From positions 63,488,001 to 63,552,000 of the forward strand of contig NC_043004.1 of assembly GCF_006345805.1 (NCBI RefSeq): a stretch of DNA of 64,000 nt, in the 5' to 3' direction. The position numbers and the translations under genes are program-made. The DNA is from Octopus sinensis (taxonomy: Eukaryota). Within the stretch, counting starts at the first letter, position 1. Each line of letters begins with the position of its first letter. The notes under the pieces are model-generated. The model ran no database searches and was not told where the DNA came from. It saw only the letters and a program-made list of their open reading frames with translations. Positions 1 through 13,416 of the stretch are shown here, piece after piece.

Positions 1-1603
1 CATGCAAATGAAAGATGGGAAAATGGAGATATTGAAGTTAAGAGTTATTCATTATCCCTTATAGCAGTTTCAATTAAGCTTAGTAGAATTAAATAAATAT
101 TAAAATCATATTTCTGACCTTATTCTCTTCAGAAGGAAGAAAAATAGATGTTTTGTCTGTTAGTTTATGTAATCATCAACGAAGACTGAATAATACTGTT
201 TATGATTAGCAATGGTATATGTCTAGGGCGTTGGGTTAACGGATTTGTTGTTGGTAAGAGATAAAATGCAAATAAAATTTGGGCAATGAAAAGTAGATAG
301 AGATTAAATAGCAAATTACAATGTAAATAAAAGGGTATATACAAAATTGAAGAATCTTATCGCAATTTCACCAAGCAACTTTGTTGATACACGGCAATAA
401 CCTAGAAACTAGTCCACAGATATTGTTTCTTTTTTTCTTTTGCTGGATTTGTGTACTGGACGCCCTGTTCGAAACTATAAGAACGTAGATATTGTGTCAT
501 ATAACCTGCTGGAAACGATGTTTTCTGAGGCTATCTAGAAATAATAATGTGTGAATACATATATATATAGATATCAATATTCACGCTAACATATACGTTT
601 CCTATACAACTACGTCCACACACTCTCACACACGTAAATGCGCATGTTCACATGTACATCCATATACATAAAAATGCGCGTAAATTATACATACATACAT
701 ATATATATATACGCACACATACACTTATATACGTATATACATATACACATACACACGTATATATGTGTATACACATATAGATAAACACATATACGCATAA
801 ATATATACACAAGCGCACACTTAGATATGCTTACACTATTAATAATTTATCACCTATAATAAAAATGCCATATAGATCCTTTAGATCAGTTAATTCGATT
901 GGTTAGTGGAATTTTGAATATGTTTCAAACCAGATGGCTTTTCGAATGAAGTTGAATAGCTCTAACGGTTTATTGAGATTTTTCTCGTTTGTATAATAGG
1001 TTCATATTTTGTTAACAATTTTAAACTAGTGTAATGTAAGAGGGGAGAGAATAGTGCAAATTTTTATTCGTATGAATTTGTTTAAAAATTTATATGTAGA
1101 TATATATGGGAATATAAATACAAGCATATGAGAGCTCACTCATATAAACAATTGGTCGTAAATGTTAGTTTAAGTGAATAATGAAACAGATAATTAGTAA
1201 TTTATTAATTAGAATGGTATATATTCACAAATATTTTTGCTCATACGTACATAATTAGTTAAATGGTAACGTATTGATTAGAATGGTATATATTTATGTA
1301 CGTACTATATATAGGTGTAATGCATTCAATGAGGATAGAACTTAGTCAACAAAGATTCTTCAAGTTTTTCAGAAAGAATCGTCTTTCCATAAATGTTGAG
1401 AGGGATAATAATTCAAATAATGTTTTTCATATTATCTTTAATTTATCAACTGGATAACATGAACCCTACACAAAATCTAATTCGAATCTAAGCTATATCA
1501 ACTTCCAAATTAATCATCCCAGATCAGTTTAAATGCGTTAGTCTCTAATTCTAGTAAAAGGGTAACATATATATCTTCCAATGAATACATATTTAATAAA
1601 CAT

Positions 1604-2000
1604 GCGCAGGAGTGGCTGTGTGGTAAGTAACTTGCTTAAGAACCACATGGTTCCGGGTTTAGTCTCACTGCGTGGCTCCTTGGGCAAGTGTCTTCTATTA
1701 TAGCCTCGGGTCGACCATAGCCTTGTGAGTGGATTTGGTAGACGGAAACTGAAAGAAGCCCGTCGTATATATGTATGTGTGTGCATATGTTTGTGTGTCT
1801 GTGTTTGATCCCCCAACATCGCTTGACAACAGATGTTGGTGTGTTTACGTCCCCGTAACTTAGCGGTTCGGCAAAATATACCGATAGAATAAGTACTAGG
1901 CTTACAAAGAATAAGTCCTGGAGTCGATTTGCTCGACTAAAGGCGGTGCTCCAACATGGCCACAGTCAAATGACTGAAACAAATAAAAGAGTAAAAGAGT
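1604..2000 (+). mobile_element. tRNA-derived SINE (cephalopod type)
   Basis: tRNA-like head (ggagtggctgtgtggtaag...ccgggtttagtc), internal microsatellite and A-rich tail. Related copies occur at 27143 and 30225. Confidence 0.75.
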
Positions 2001-2494
2001 ATGCAATATAGCCTTAGCAAACACTGGATATAGAAATCAAATAGAATACTGCCAACCTGACATCATTAATAAAGATAGCATAATTAATTACAAGCAAAAA
2101 CAAAAAAAAATGGTAAACTTTATAGACACATGATAAATAGTTATATACTTAAAAATAAATACATAACAAGTAACCAAATATATATAAACAAGGGACTCCT
2201 AATGATAAAAGAGATAAGATCACTTTAAATCAAACTAATAATAGTTTGATTCAGTCTGCCGTGATGATTCACAAACCTAACACATAAAATATCTAAGAAG
2301 ATATTTTATCTCCCTCTGAAGAGATTACGCTTAGAATTATGATTTTAATATTTATTTAAGCAGGTGTATGGGATGATCGATTTTTAGGTGAAAATAATCT
2401 CTTTCTAACCTCGATATCTGCATTTTTTAATTCTTCACATTCATACATACATACATACATACATACATACATACATAGATGTACATATAAATAT

Positions 2495-2565
<71 letters not shown>

Positions 2566-2594
2566 TATATACATATATACTACTTCATTTGCAG

Positions 2595-2662
2595 GGCTCT
2601 GAATTTTGCAGGACTGGGAACGTTAATTGGTCATGAAATACTTCATGCGTTTGAAGCTGACT
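2595..2662 (+). CDS. M13 (neprilysin/ECE-like) metallopeptidase, exon carrying the HExxH zinc motif
   Basis: cag|G GCT CTG AAT TTT GCA GGA...GAC T|gtgagt translates to [22 protein letters not shown], matching the M13 consensus ALNFGGIGxxxGHELTHAFD. The exon is 68 nt with canonical splice sites. Confidence 0.93.
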
Positions 2663-2866
2663 GTGAGTATTATATTCATTAGTGAATTATTTTCAACATT
2701 TTTTCATAGTGTCATTTATTATAATACATAACGGATCAGACAGAACTTACTTGAAGTCAGATATATTCTGCTTGGCTTGAACTGGGACGTAGAGTTTCGT
2801 TAATTACAAAACCGCTGCATAGCAGCTCCAACTGAGAGTCCTTGATTAATATACAAACATTTCTAT

Positions 2867-2920
<54 letters not shown>

Positions 2921-2929
2921 CTATAATGT

Positions 2930-3292
2930 GGGGGCACAATGGCCCGGTGGTTATGGCAGCTGACTCGCGGTTTCGATTCTCAGCCCAGACGTTGTGAGTA
3001 TTCATCGAATGAAAACACCTAAAGCTCCACGACGTTCCGGCAGGTGTGGCGGTGAACCCTCTGTATTCTTTCATTACAACTTTCTCTCACACTTTCTTCC
3101 TGTTTCTGCTGTACCTGTATTTCAAAGGGTCAGCCTTGACACACTTTGTGTCACGTTGAATCTCTCTGAAAACTACGTTATGTGTACAACTGTCTGTGGA
3201 GTGCTCAGCCACTTGCACGTTAATTTCACGACCAGACTGTTCCATTTATCGGATCAACTGGAACCCTCGTCGTCCGTAACCGATAGAGTGCC
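2930..3292 (+). mobile_element. tRNA-derived SINE, second family
   Basis: A-box-like head ggggcacaatggcccggtggtta. The body is the reverse complement of the copy at 56400-56785. Confidence 0.75.
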
Positions 3293-3933
3293 TCCCCTTC
3301 TTCTCTCCCTTCCGCCCTGACTGTCTTTCTAGCCTGGCCTTCAAGGTAACTGGACGACATTCTTCCTGCTTTCCTGTCGTACACAAAAAATTCTGCGTTT
3401 GCAATACTTTTTTCGTTCTGCGTCAACAGCCCTTCTTGTTTTTCCCTTTCCTGTCTTTTACTGTTATATTTTTTTACTGTTTTTATTTTTGTACTGTCGT
3501 TACTGTCCAGTTTTTTTACCATTTTTTTACCATTTTTTACCTCTCTGCGAAACGATCTCAGAATTTTAATTGATTTGCTTTTCGCAGGAAGGAAAGTTTC
3601 TTGTCCAAGATACGTCTCGCTTTTATCCTTCGAAATGTAGGGTAGAAGAAACCTTAGCGACTGAATAAGGGTTCTTTTCGTTGTGTTAATTGTCCTGTAC
3701 TCCATTTTTTGTTGTTTTTAAAAAAATGTCCAGTTCCTTTGGTTTGTGTCTATGTTTTCGTTTCTCTTTGTGTTTGACGTCCCTTTAGTGTCCTGTACTC
3801 ATATATGCGTGTATATGTACATGTAGAGGTAGGTACGTACATATATGTTTATATATATGCATATGTTTTATTTCATTTATTAATATATATATATATATAT
3901 ATGGTTGTGTGTGTGTGTGTGTGTGTGTGTGTG

Positions 3934-4238
3934 GAGGCGCAATAGCCCAGTGGTTAGGGCAGCAAAATCGCGGTTGTATCATCGCAGTTTCGATTCCCAG
4001 ACCGGACATTGTGAGTGTTTAGTGAGCGAAAACACCTAAAGATCCACGCGGCCCCGACAGGGGGAAGGGGAACCCAGCTGTACTCTTTCAGCACAACTTT
4101 CTCTCACTCTTTCTTCTGTTGGCCTGCTCGCTTAGCCAGCGGGGTGGCATCATTGAAGGCTAAAACAATGCGGAGCGCATTGTGACCAGCGATGTGTAGC
4201 AACATCTGATGGTCTGGTCGGTCACGTGATCACGTGAT
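3934..4238 (+). mobile_element. tRNA-derived SINE
   Basis: Head ggaggcgcaatagcccagtggttagggcagc...ttcgattccc. The first half is shared with the 2930 copy and the 3' half differs. Confidence 0.7.
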
Positions 4239-5196
4239 ATATATATATAAATATATATTTATATTTAAAGTTTTAAACAACCGAACAAAAGTTATTTTGC
4301 TTCCACTGAAATACTTGTATCTTACATGCTATACTATAAGTCAGCCCATCTCTGAACCTTTGCTTAACCCTACTACGGGATACGCACTATAATTAACAAA
4401 GACGCTATTGTAGTTTTAATTATCTATATCTCCTTTATAGTTCATTGAGTAATAAATGTAAATGGGAACCGTCTCTGCAATAACAAATTGTTAACAAACA
4501 TATGCTACAGCACGTGCAGACGTGCTAATTGTTAATTTTATTGCTGTGCTTTAATAAAACCCATTATTAATAAGGAACAAACAGAAATTAGTTGAAATAT
4601 TGGGACTTATATAATGAAGTCTGTTGTCTGAGGCTTCGCTTCAACTTGAGCGTGCATTATGCAATGTATAGTCTTTAACTAAATGGATTTACTGATTTAT
4701 AAAACCGTCTTCATTATTGTATCCTGTCAAATATTTTGACTACTTCCGTCCTTTGCATGTGTAGCACGTAGCCGAGCACATTCCACTTCCTCAGTGTGAT
4801 TGGATCTCAACAGGGCCTTCTCCATGCCTTCATATGATATGCAAATCCTCAAGTGATTATTAGTTTCATTCATATGTCTTAAAATAAGACGGGCAATATT
4901 TTCACCACCTGTCCGACTTAAACTTTTCTAAATATATACTGATTTAATTAAACGCTTCTTCTTTTGTTAGGAATACATTTAAACAGATGGTATAATATGC
5001 ACTAGCATTCTATTTGAAGTGTACTAATATATTATAATTGATTAATTAAACATCAATAGCAAAGATGTTTCTTACAAAAGTAGGAAGAGACAACGGACAA
5101 ATATTAAATAACTAAAATTGTTTGCTTTTCCTTAATGCGTTTCCATTTAAGATAGATGCAATAACAAATGAGTCTGATGCATTGCATTACGATGTT

Positions 5197-5304
5197 AAAT
5201 CCAGAAAGGCTTTAGTGATATTGAAATCCAGAACGGCTTCAGTGATATTTAAATCCATATAAGCTTAGTGATATTTAAATCCAGAAAGGCTTCAGTGATA
5301 TTTA
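5197..5304. repeat. minisatellite, 4 copies of a 26-27 bp unit
   Basis: aaatccagaaaggcttcagtgatattt repeated four times with small variants. Confidence 0.85.
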
Positions 5305-5699
5305 ACAGTCATCATTTGGCGGCGACACATGACCATAGCTTTCTGTATATCTAAACAAGATTTGTAATGTATCAGAATCTCTGTTTTAGGAATCCTCGCA
5401 ATGGCATTATAAACTAAAATGTTTGACTTCGGTAAATACGTAGTGACTTCCGTGGTATGATAATTTTTATAGCAGCTTCAGTGATCTTATAGATAATGAT
5501 GTGCGCCCAGAGTAATTAATTAGCTAAATGTTATCCTTAGTTAAATTTTAACCTTAGTTGTGGCAACGAGCTTTTCTTCCGAAAATTCGAAATCAGTACA
5601 GAATACTGTCGAAATTGATTAAATATTGCCTGAGATCGGCACTGTTTTGATTACTTGATGAATTATTTTATCTATGTTTGAAATTATTACTTTTTTCAG

Positions 5700-5821
5700 T
5701 TGAAAGCTCCTATTTTAACAAGAAATGGTTGATTGATAAGTCTTACGAAAGCTATGATGAGCTGAAAGAAGCTGTCGTTAAAATATATTCCGGCTATAGA
5801 ATTGAAAGTATGAATTTCACT
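5700..5821 (+). CDS. M13 peptidase exon
   Basis: ttttttcag|TT GAA AGC...TTC ACT|gtaagt encodes (F)ESSYFNKKWLIDKSYESYDELKEAVVKIYSGYRIESMNFT. Phase matches both flanking exons, and it aligns loosely to the WW..S...F......QYS.Y segment. Confidence 0.85.
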
Positions 5822-7496
5822 GTAAGTACGCCAATTATATGTTGTATTTTTATCAATATCAAACAAGCTTTGGGTCAGTAAATATTTACACTTACTAATC
5901 CGGCCTTGTCTTCTTTGTCATCATCTTCTGCTCTATCTTCCTTCATGTTACGAAAACAGTGTTAGCAGCAACACGAGAGTTCGAATTAAATACATTCGTT
6001 CAGATCATGAGCGACACAACTATGACTTCCATCCGTTATATGTTTTGACAATATAGTGTAACTGAATATGAAGTCCTTTTAGATGGAATATGCGTCTTCC
6101 CAGGCTTCCCAGTTGAGTCTATTTAGGAGTATTACGATCGTTTATTTGTTTTCTTTGTCAGCATCAGAGTATGTTCAGAAAACTTTATAAAAATGCTCAC
6201 ATATTCTCGTTAATTATATAAGAAATGAATATTTCTTTCCGAATTTTCTTTCCTTTGCTTATGATGAAAACACTCCCCTAATTCAAATCCAGCATTAGCA
6301 AATATATGATATACAATGTGTTAAAGTATTTTATACACATGAAACATCCACATGGCACATTTGTATTTGCGGATGGACAAATAGCAAAAGTATTTGTAGA
6401 AATGTAGTATTTTAAAGGTATTTGTACAAGCCATATTCATAGGTGAGAAATCTCATACACGTGTATGACAAGGTGGGAAATACTCCGATACACTTTGATT
6501 ATCAAATGTCAATATTAACCAATACTTTGACAATATACTGAGTCTAGGATGCATAAGATATAACAGTGATAGTGTTTAACAGATCATTATGATGGTTCAA
6601 GCGTAACAAAGATGTATACTCTTCACAGTTTTGCATTCCATAATTCAACAACAGCGACTGCTATAACAACAATGGAATTCAACAAGAAATCCATCATTAA
6701 CTGCAATGGACAGTATAAAGACAAAAACATTAGGAACAATGTTAACTACATTCCTATAGAAAATATGTGTGATTGAAAATTAATACAACGGTATATCCAT
6801 ATACACGAAGATGTATAACGAAGATTTGTATACGCATCAGTTGTTTCTTTTAGTAAATGTGTCGTGATGGCTTCGTACAGTATCTGGTATGCAACACAGA
6901 GCTTAAATGCTTTCCAGCGAATGTAGAAAATATTTTTCTGAAATATTTTAAGTACCTTATCTTGTCCTAGTCTATGTGAATATAATCACCATGTTTGCTG
7001 AATTAATTGTAAAGATTGACTCGCTCAAATGGTTTTTCCAAGAGGTTTCACATTCGTTTCTCACAGACAATAGTATAACGTGAAATGTTTGAAATTTGTC
7101 GCACAATATCATTTTTATAAAGCACCTCACAAATGTTTAAAGTATAAAATATATGTGTGGCAACAGAGTACTGGAAACCTGAAATATGTTATTTTGTTAC
7201 TGTTTGAGGAACTAATACACATGGTATTTGCACTTCCTCCAATATCAGCGAGCTTAATATACATAATGTTCCTTTGAAGCTGATGCAAGGAAGAAGTATG
7301 GAAAATAGAAGCATGGTAAGGTAGAAGATTTGGGAGCAAGTTTTCAGGGAAGAGGAATTGAATACAGCTATTAATGTGGGATTGTCCGTAAGAACCGCGG
7401 TGAGAATGGGAGAGGCGGGTATGTCGGGAGTGTCTCGTAAATAAGTAAAGAATAGCATTCCTGTAATCATCATAAATATTCCTTTAAAATATTCAG

Positions 7497-7562
7497 GTTA
7501 ATGGAGAAAGAACAGCTGAAGAAAATATTGCTGATATTGGTGCTTTAAAGATAGCGTATGAG
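7497..7562 (+). CDS. M13 peptidase exon with third zinc ligand (ExxxD)
   Basis: ttcag|GTT AAT GGA...TAT GAG|gtatgt encodes VNGERTAEENIADIGALKIAYE, compared with the consensus VNGxxTLGENIADNGGLKxAY. Confidence 0.93.
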
Positions 7563-9274
7563 GTATGTATCTTGTTGAAGTATAATTGGAGGATTTATTT
7601 CGTATTCATTTTATATATTAGCCTAGCGCACGCACGCGCATTCATACAAACAGATATGTGGATGAGGATATGCATACGTTACTGCAGTGCATGTTTCTAT
7701 GCGCTAACTAGTGAATATTTCTCTTATATATTTCTGAATGTGTATACGAAGTAATGACTAAACGTTGACGCTCTTTGAAATAGCGTGTTGAGGTTGATGC
7801 AATTATAGATTACGTTAGACCTATCAAGGTGCCATAAATGTTAAAGAGGGGCAAAGGAGTATACCATCATAGCGGTTAGCTGTCCTGTAGATATAAATGT
7901 TTTTTTGAAAATCAAAGAAAAAGAGGATGTATATGGACACCTGATTTGAAACCTCCAGCTTCTATTTCAAGTCTATAAATTCTTATTCCTACTAATAATA
8001 AGTAGAGCACCAGGTTTTGTTAGTAAATGCTTACAGGAGAATCTTGGTAAACTGGAATTTTCAAAAAGAGAAATTTACTGGCTGATTCGTACATTACAAG
8101 TCCAACCGGTGAATCGATCGGTAAAAATATGCAAGAGTTTTCTGAAGTTCCAAATGTGAATTCATCTGTTAACTACGTCCCAAAGATGGTGCCTTGTATC
8201 TATGTTGGAAACCGGCTCCCTCCTCAGTGGAAGATTTATAATAATTAAAAAATAGATGAGATATACATACATACATACATACATACATACACACATATGT
8301 AAAACTGTGTTTTACATATGTGTGTCTCGCGTAATGTCTTTTCTATTATTGAGGGAGTTGATTTATAGAATTTATATCATGCTCTCTTCTCACAGTTACT
8401 CATTCTTTCAACATCGGAAATGTTTTGTTGGGTTTGTGGGTCTTTTGTTCGGTTTTCTCAATTTCAATTGCAAATTAATCCGTTTGAAAAAACTCTCTAA
8501 ACTAGTATAAGGATGTTATATAATTTGAAGCTTAAATTTCATATGCAAACATCTAAAACAGATTTTCTCTTATTTATAACTGTGTTGTGCAGATTTTGTG
8601 ATTTAGGTGTTTCTTTTACTCATAAAATAGAATATACGTCGTAACCACCGTATGGCTTGAAATATTCTTTCTTTTTGATGATGATATATATTTCTTCTAT
8701 ACACTGGTGTTTTCGACATGTATTTTTCTTTATAAAATGAGTTTATTGTATTTCAAATGTAAACCGCAGAGTAACTGTGTAATGTTTAATTTATTTTCAT
8801 GGAGTTTGAATATATATGATTTTAAAATGTCCAACTCTTCAACGTTGTTTTGTTTTACAATCTATAATTTTAATAGTCTATACTATACAGTTTCCTAAAT
8901 ACATATCTATAAATATGGTATTTTGCTCAGGTACATTTGCCTTCTTTTGTATGACATTTTTCCTATCATAAACAGAATGTATCCTTCACATGTATGATAT
9001 CCAGAAACCATATCGAATGCTGAATTATATTCTGTTAATTTTTGGGGCACTTTTGGTATTAAACTTATGCCAAATAATTTTTGAAGGAAAAGACGGTTAC
9101 AATATCTTCACTATATGGCATTTACTTATGTGATTATATGCATATTGAAATATAAAATTCCACGTGGACACATGAATAACCGAAGACAAATGGATATATA
9201 TTTAGATTAATTAAATTCAATTCTTTAAATAGCTCTTAACATTGAATAAAAGATACAATTCCAATTTATACCAG

Positions 9275-9373
9275 GCTTATTTGCTATGGAAATCAGACCA
9301 TCCTGATGCTAAGAAGACACTACCTATACTAAAAATGACAGATTTACAGCTATTTTTCATGTCGTTTGCTCAG
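9275..9373 (+). CDS. M13 peptidase exon
   Basis: ccag|GCT TAT...GCT CAG|gtaagt encodes AYLLWKSDHPDAKKTLPILKMTDLQLFFMSFAQ, compared with the consensus AY..W......LPGL..T..QLFF..FAQ. Confidence 0.93.
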
Positions 9374-10031
9374 GTAAGTCAATAATTGATTTAATGCTTT
9401 CAGATACTACCTATAAGTATAATAATCTCGCTGCAAAATTTCTTATAAGAGCAAGGTAAATGTTGGTGTAGCATCAACTAGTATATTATGATATATAGTA
9501 AACAACAATTGATATACTTCTCTAGAAAAGAATCCATACCGTTCTCGGCAATTGAAAACATGATTTAGTCTTCAAGAATTTTATGTCTTTTCAAAAATCT
9601 GAGACATTCGTAGAACGAATTAAACAGCCAATCAGGTTTTAGATTTGAACATATAATTCGGAAACCTAAAACACTTTTGAGGTACTTATTTATATATTTG
9701 AAAACAAAATATAAACGATGAAAGATGTTTTAGAGATGTTGACTTGACATTTAAGTTTAGATTGTGAACATTCAAAACAGCAAATAAGAAATTCCAATTG
9801 ACAGGCAAAGTACGTAACCTGAGCTATCTAGATAATCCAAACGAAAGAGAGAAATACAAATAAATATTCCTCGCTCCTGGAATTTACGTAGTCGTTGAGG
9901 ATCTTGTGATTTTTTGAGATCTATAGTTTTTCAAGTCAACATATTGAGCATAGTTTCACCCGTTAATTTAGAGTTTTATTTTGGGAAGGATTGTCCATTT
10001 AATGCCAAAATTGGTTCTTTATATATATATA

Positions 10032-10101
<70 letters not shown>

Positions 10102-10106
10102 TATAT

Positions 10107-10159
<53 letters not shown>

Positions 10160-11100
10160 ATATATAAATATATACATCTACTACATATGTGGGAACTGCT
10201 CTCTGCGGATGTGTTTGTGGAGTTGTTAGTTGTTCGCAAACTCCTACGCCGTTTCATCGATTTGGGATGAAAGTTGACTCGTCAGTAGAACTCAAGACAG
10301 GAAATCTCATGGCATACTCAGATTGTTGAAAATATCGGTAATAGGGTCCTGGAAAGGATCCTTATATTTATATATAATATTTCATGTCAATAGCAAAAGG
10401 ATATAACCCATTCACCCAGCTTTTAACAGCCACGGGAAAAACCCATGTATTTTCCTATATCATTTGGGATAAATCAAATTGAGTAAGCTTATTAGTTTTG
10501 GGACTGTTAGCGATATTTTCGCAATTTATCCCTACAAAAAAGTAAACAGTATTTTCCTAAACAATAAATCCACTTCTTTCGGTTAGTGACTTATTCACGA
10601 ATATAACAATACTAGCGCTGCTGAGGGTAATATTCTCTGGGAACACACAAAAGACTTGTTCAGGGTTATTTATTTTGAATTGTTATTATGTCATATCTGA
10701 TTAGCGTATTATGACGTAACATGCTTCACGATTTCAGGATAATATTATTGATATTTCCTCCTCAATTCTATATACTCTGGGAACGTATTAAAGCCTTTTC
10801 TGAGCTACTTTATTTGAATTACTACTACCGGGTAACTAATTTCATGTTATTACATAACTGACTGCACAATTTGGGTATTCATAACTTATTGGGAATTCCT
10901 AAATACAAGATCCTGTGTAAGAGAGTTCGGTATTCTCTATAAATGCACAAAAATGTTTTCAGGTCTACATGTCTACATACTTTGTATTGTTGCTATTGGA
11001 TTAGCGAAACAATTAAGAGAACAGAACCGGGAATTACCGGGTACGTCAGATAGAATGTATATATACATACACACACACACTCACATATATTATATATACC

Positions 11101-11159
<59 letters not shown>

Positions 11160-11448
11160 TGTGTGTGTGTGTGTGAGTGTGTGTGTGTGAGTGTGTGTGT
11201 GTGAGTGTGTGTGTGAGTGTGTATGTGTGAGTGTGTGTGTGTGTATATAGAGTATGCGTGTGTGAGAGTTATATTATTTGGGATTAATCATAAAGTTCAA
11301 TATTTTCTTAATTGCATCATCGAAATGCAATGATAGTGTTTTCCGAACTAAGGTGTTAAACTCTAGTGTGTAGCTTAGATAAAATATTTCTCTGTATCTC
11401 ACTTGATCATATATTTTTGGGTTGTCACAACTTATTTAATCCCTGCAG

Positions 11449-11522
11449 TCTTGGTGTTCTAATGTAAGCCCTAAGGAAAAATATTTGTTCGAGAATGCTG
11501 TACACTCTCCGATGGAGGCAAG
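11449..11522 (+). CDS. M13 peptidase exon (WC...HSP..R)
   Basis: ctgcag|TCT TGG TGT...GCA AG|gtaaat encodes SWCSNVSPKEKYLFENAVHSPMEAR, compared with the consensus xWCs......DxHSPxxxR. Confidence 0.9.
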
Positions 11523-11689
11523 GTAAATGATATGTATTTAAAATAATATTTTTAATAATTTTTAAACATTTTATAAGTACTGTGAGTCTATAAAATATAA
11601 TTATAATATTCGGTATCTCTTTCTTTCCTCTCACTCTGTCTCTCGTAATGTATTTATTGGTCTATATTTGATTTATATATATGCATATA

Positions 11690-13309
11690 TCGCCTCATCC
11701 TTAAAGGTTTCCGCCTCCATTTCCACTCCACTCTCCTCTCAGCTCCAAACATCCTATCCATACTCCGTACTACTTCTCCCCGCCTTTGCGAGCCATAATT
11801 CGTTCTAATCCCTCCAAAATAAACGCCATCGACAGCATTCTCCCTCTTGCTTTTTCATCTTCATCTCCACTCAGTCGCTCCCCATGTAAATTCCCCTTTA
11901 CGTTACATGATCCATTTAAATCATCTCTTTTATGAATTTCTCATCACACCAAACAAGGTAAACTCCACGTACTCCTCCGTTCCACCACACCCGATGCCAC
12001 CAACCCAACTCCTCCTCTACCCCTCACTCCCTCTTACGCTTCCCTCCCACACAAGCCAAAGCCCTCCCCGCCTTCCCCGCTTCCAATCTCATTGTCCACA
12101 CCTCTCCCACCCTCACAATTTACTTACTCTCCCAAATCCACAAACCTAACAAATCTGGCCGCCCCTTCATGTCCGGCTGCAGTTGCCCTACCGAACTCAT
12201 CTCCAGATACCTTGACTGCGTCCTTGGCTCCTAGTTGCTTCCTTCCCCTCTCACATTCTTGACACCAACCATGCTCTTCGTCTGTCCAACTTTTTCTCCT
12301 TCACTCTAGCCCCTCTAATCATTTCTTCACTATTGACATCAAGAGCCTATGTACGGTTGTCCCTCACCACCAGGTGCTTCGTGCACTCCAACACTACCTT
12401 GACCTTCAACACAACCCCCCTACCTGACACATCCACATTTCTTCGTCTGGCCGATCTTCTCTCCCTTATCTTATTTTCGTTCGCTGGTGATTCTTAGCAG
12501 CATTACTTGGGAGTGGCCATGGGGTTGAGAATGGGCCCCAACTATGCGAACCTGTTCGATAGCTACGTTGAAGCCAAAATATTCTCAAGTTTTACTGGTC
12601 CAAGTCCCGAAATATACGGTCGTTATATTGACGACTGTATTGATGCGACGTCACTCTCCCGCCAACAACTAGACTCCTTCCTCTCTTTTTTCAAATCTTT
12701 CCATCCTACCCTCCACTTCTGCTCTGCTCCGCCCACGTTGCTACACCTGGCCTTACCTCTCCAGCACCACCATCCTCAAAGGCACCTATCATCAACAATA
12801 TCATATCACTGACTCCTTCTCCTGCACTTCTAGATACGTCATCTACTGCTCTCTCTCAGAACGTCGGATAAACGGGACGCCGCTTAGCTCACGTATTCGC
12901 GGAACGCCTCCGAGACTTCAAGCTCGGCAACAACACTCGAGTGTCGTGCCATGTTCGCTCTACCGGACATTCTTTACAACACTTGTCCATGTTTTGATTG
13001 TTCTCGCACAGGGGCCATCCGCACTCCGTCTTCGCCGTGAAAAGGAATTAATCTTCTCTCTTCATTCCTTTCCTCCAAATGTCCTCCCCTCTTCATCTAA
13101 ACTCACTCGTCTCCTCTCTCCTGTCTTCCTACTTCCTCCCTTCATTCCCAACCGCCTCTGTCCGGCCTGCTTATCCCTGTGTTCCTTTCTGTTGAAGAGC
13201 GTAGTCTCGAAACGTAAAAGTCTTTCTCAATTCCCTAGCGTTAAACTAATCTGTTTGCTGTTTACATACCCGCCTTCGTCTTTTGTTTTGCATTTTTCTC
13301 GTAAATTCA

Positions 13310-13310
<1 letters not shown>
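11690..13310 (+). mobile_element. decayed Penelope-like element (RT remnant plus 3' region) in an M13 intron
   Basis: FTIDIKSLCTVVPH (motif A-like, ~12330) and GVAMGLRMGPNYANLF...YGRYIDD (12507-12650) are PLE-type RT motifs. Frameshifted, with a hammerhead-like motif near the 3' end. Boundaries approximate. Confidence 0.75.
13185..13220 (+). ncRNA. minimal type I hammerhead-like motif with a degenerate core
   Basis: CTTT-CTGTTGA-A-GAG(cgtagt)CTC-GAAA-CGT-A-AAAG. Stem I is CTTT/AAAG, stem II is GAG/CTC and stem III is the ACGT palindrome. The core reads CUGUUGA (A6U). Confidence 0.55.
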
Positions 13311-13358
<48 letters not shown>

Positions 13359-13385
13359 GATTTATATCTATATTTATCTATATGG

Positions 13386-13416
<31 letters not shown>

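Noticed and set aside
1373-1392. cag followed by IVFP, resembling the M13 exon expected upstream of the HExxH exon
   Set aside because: A stop codon follows immediately and the rest of the motif (AGILQPPF) is absent. The true upstream exon was not identified in 1-2594.
3226-3705. 159-aa Lys-rich ORF on the - strand
   Set aside because: It is the complement of a T-rich repeat-like tract with no recognisable domain.
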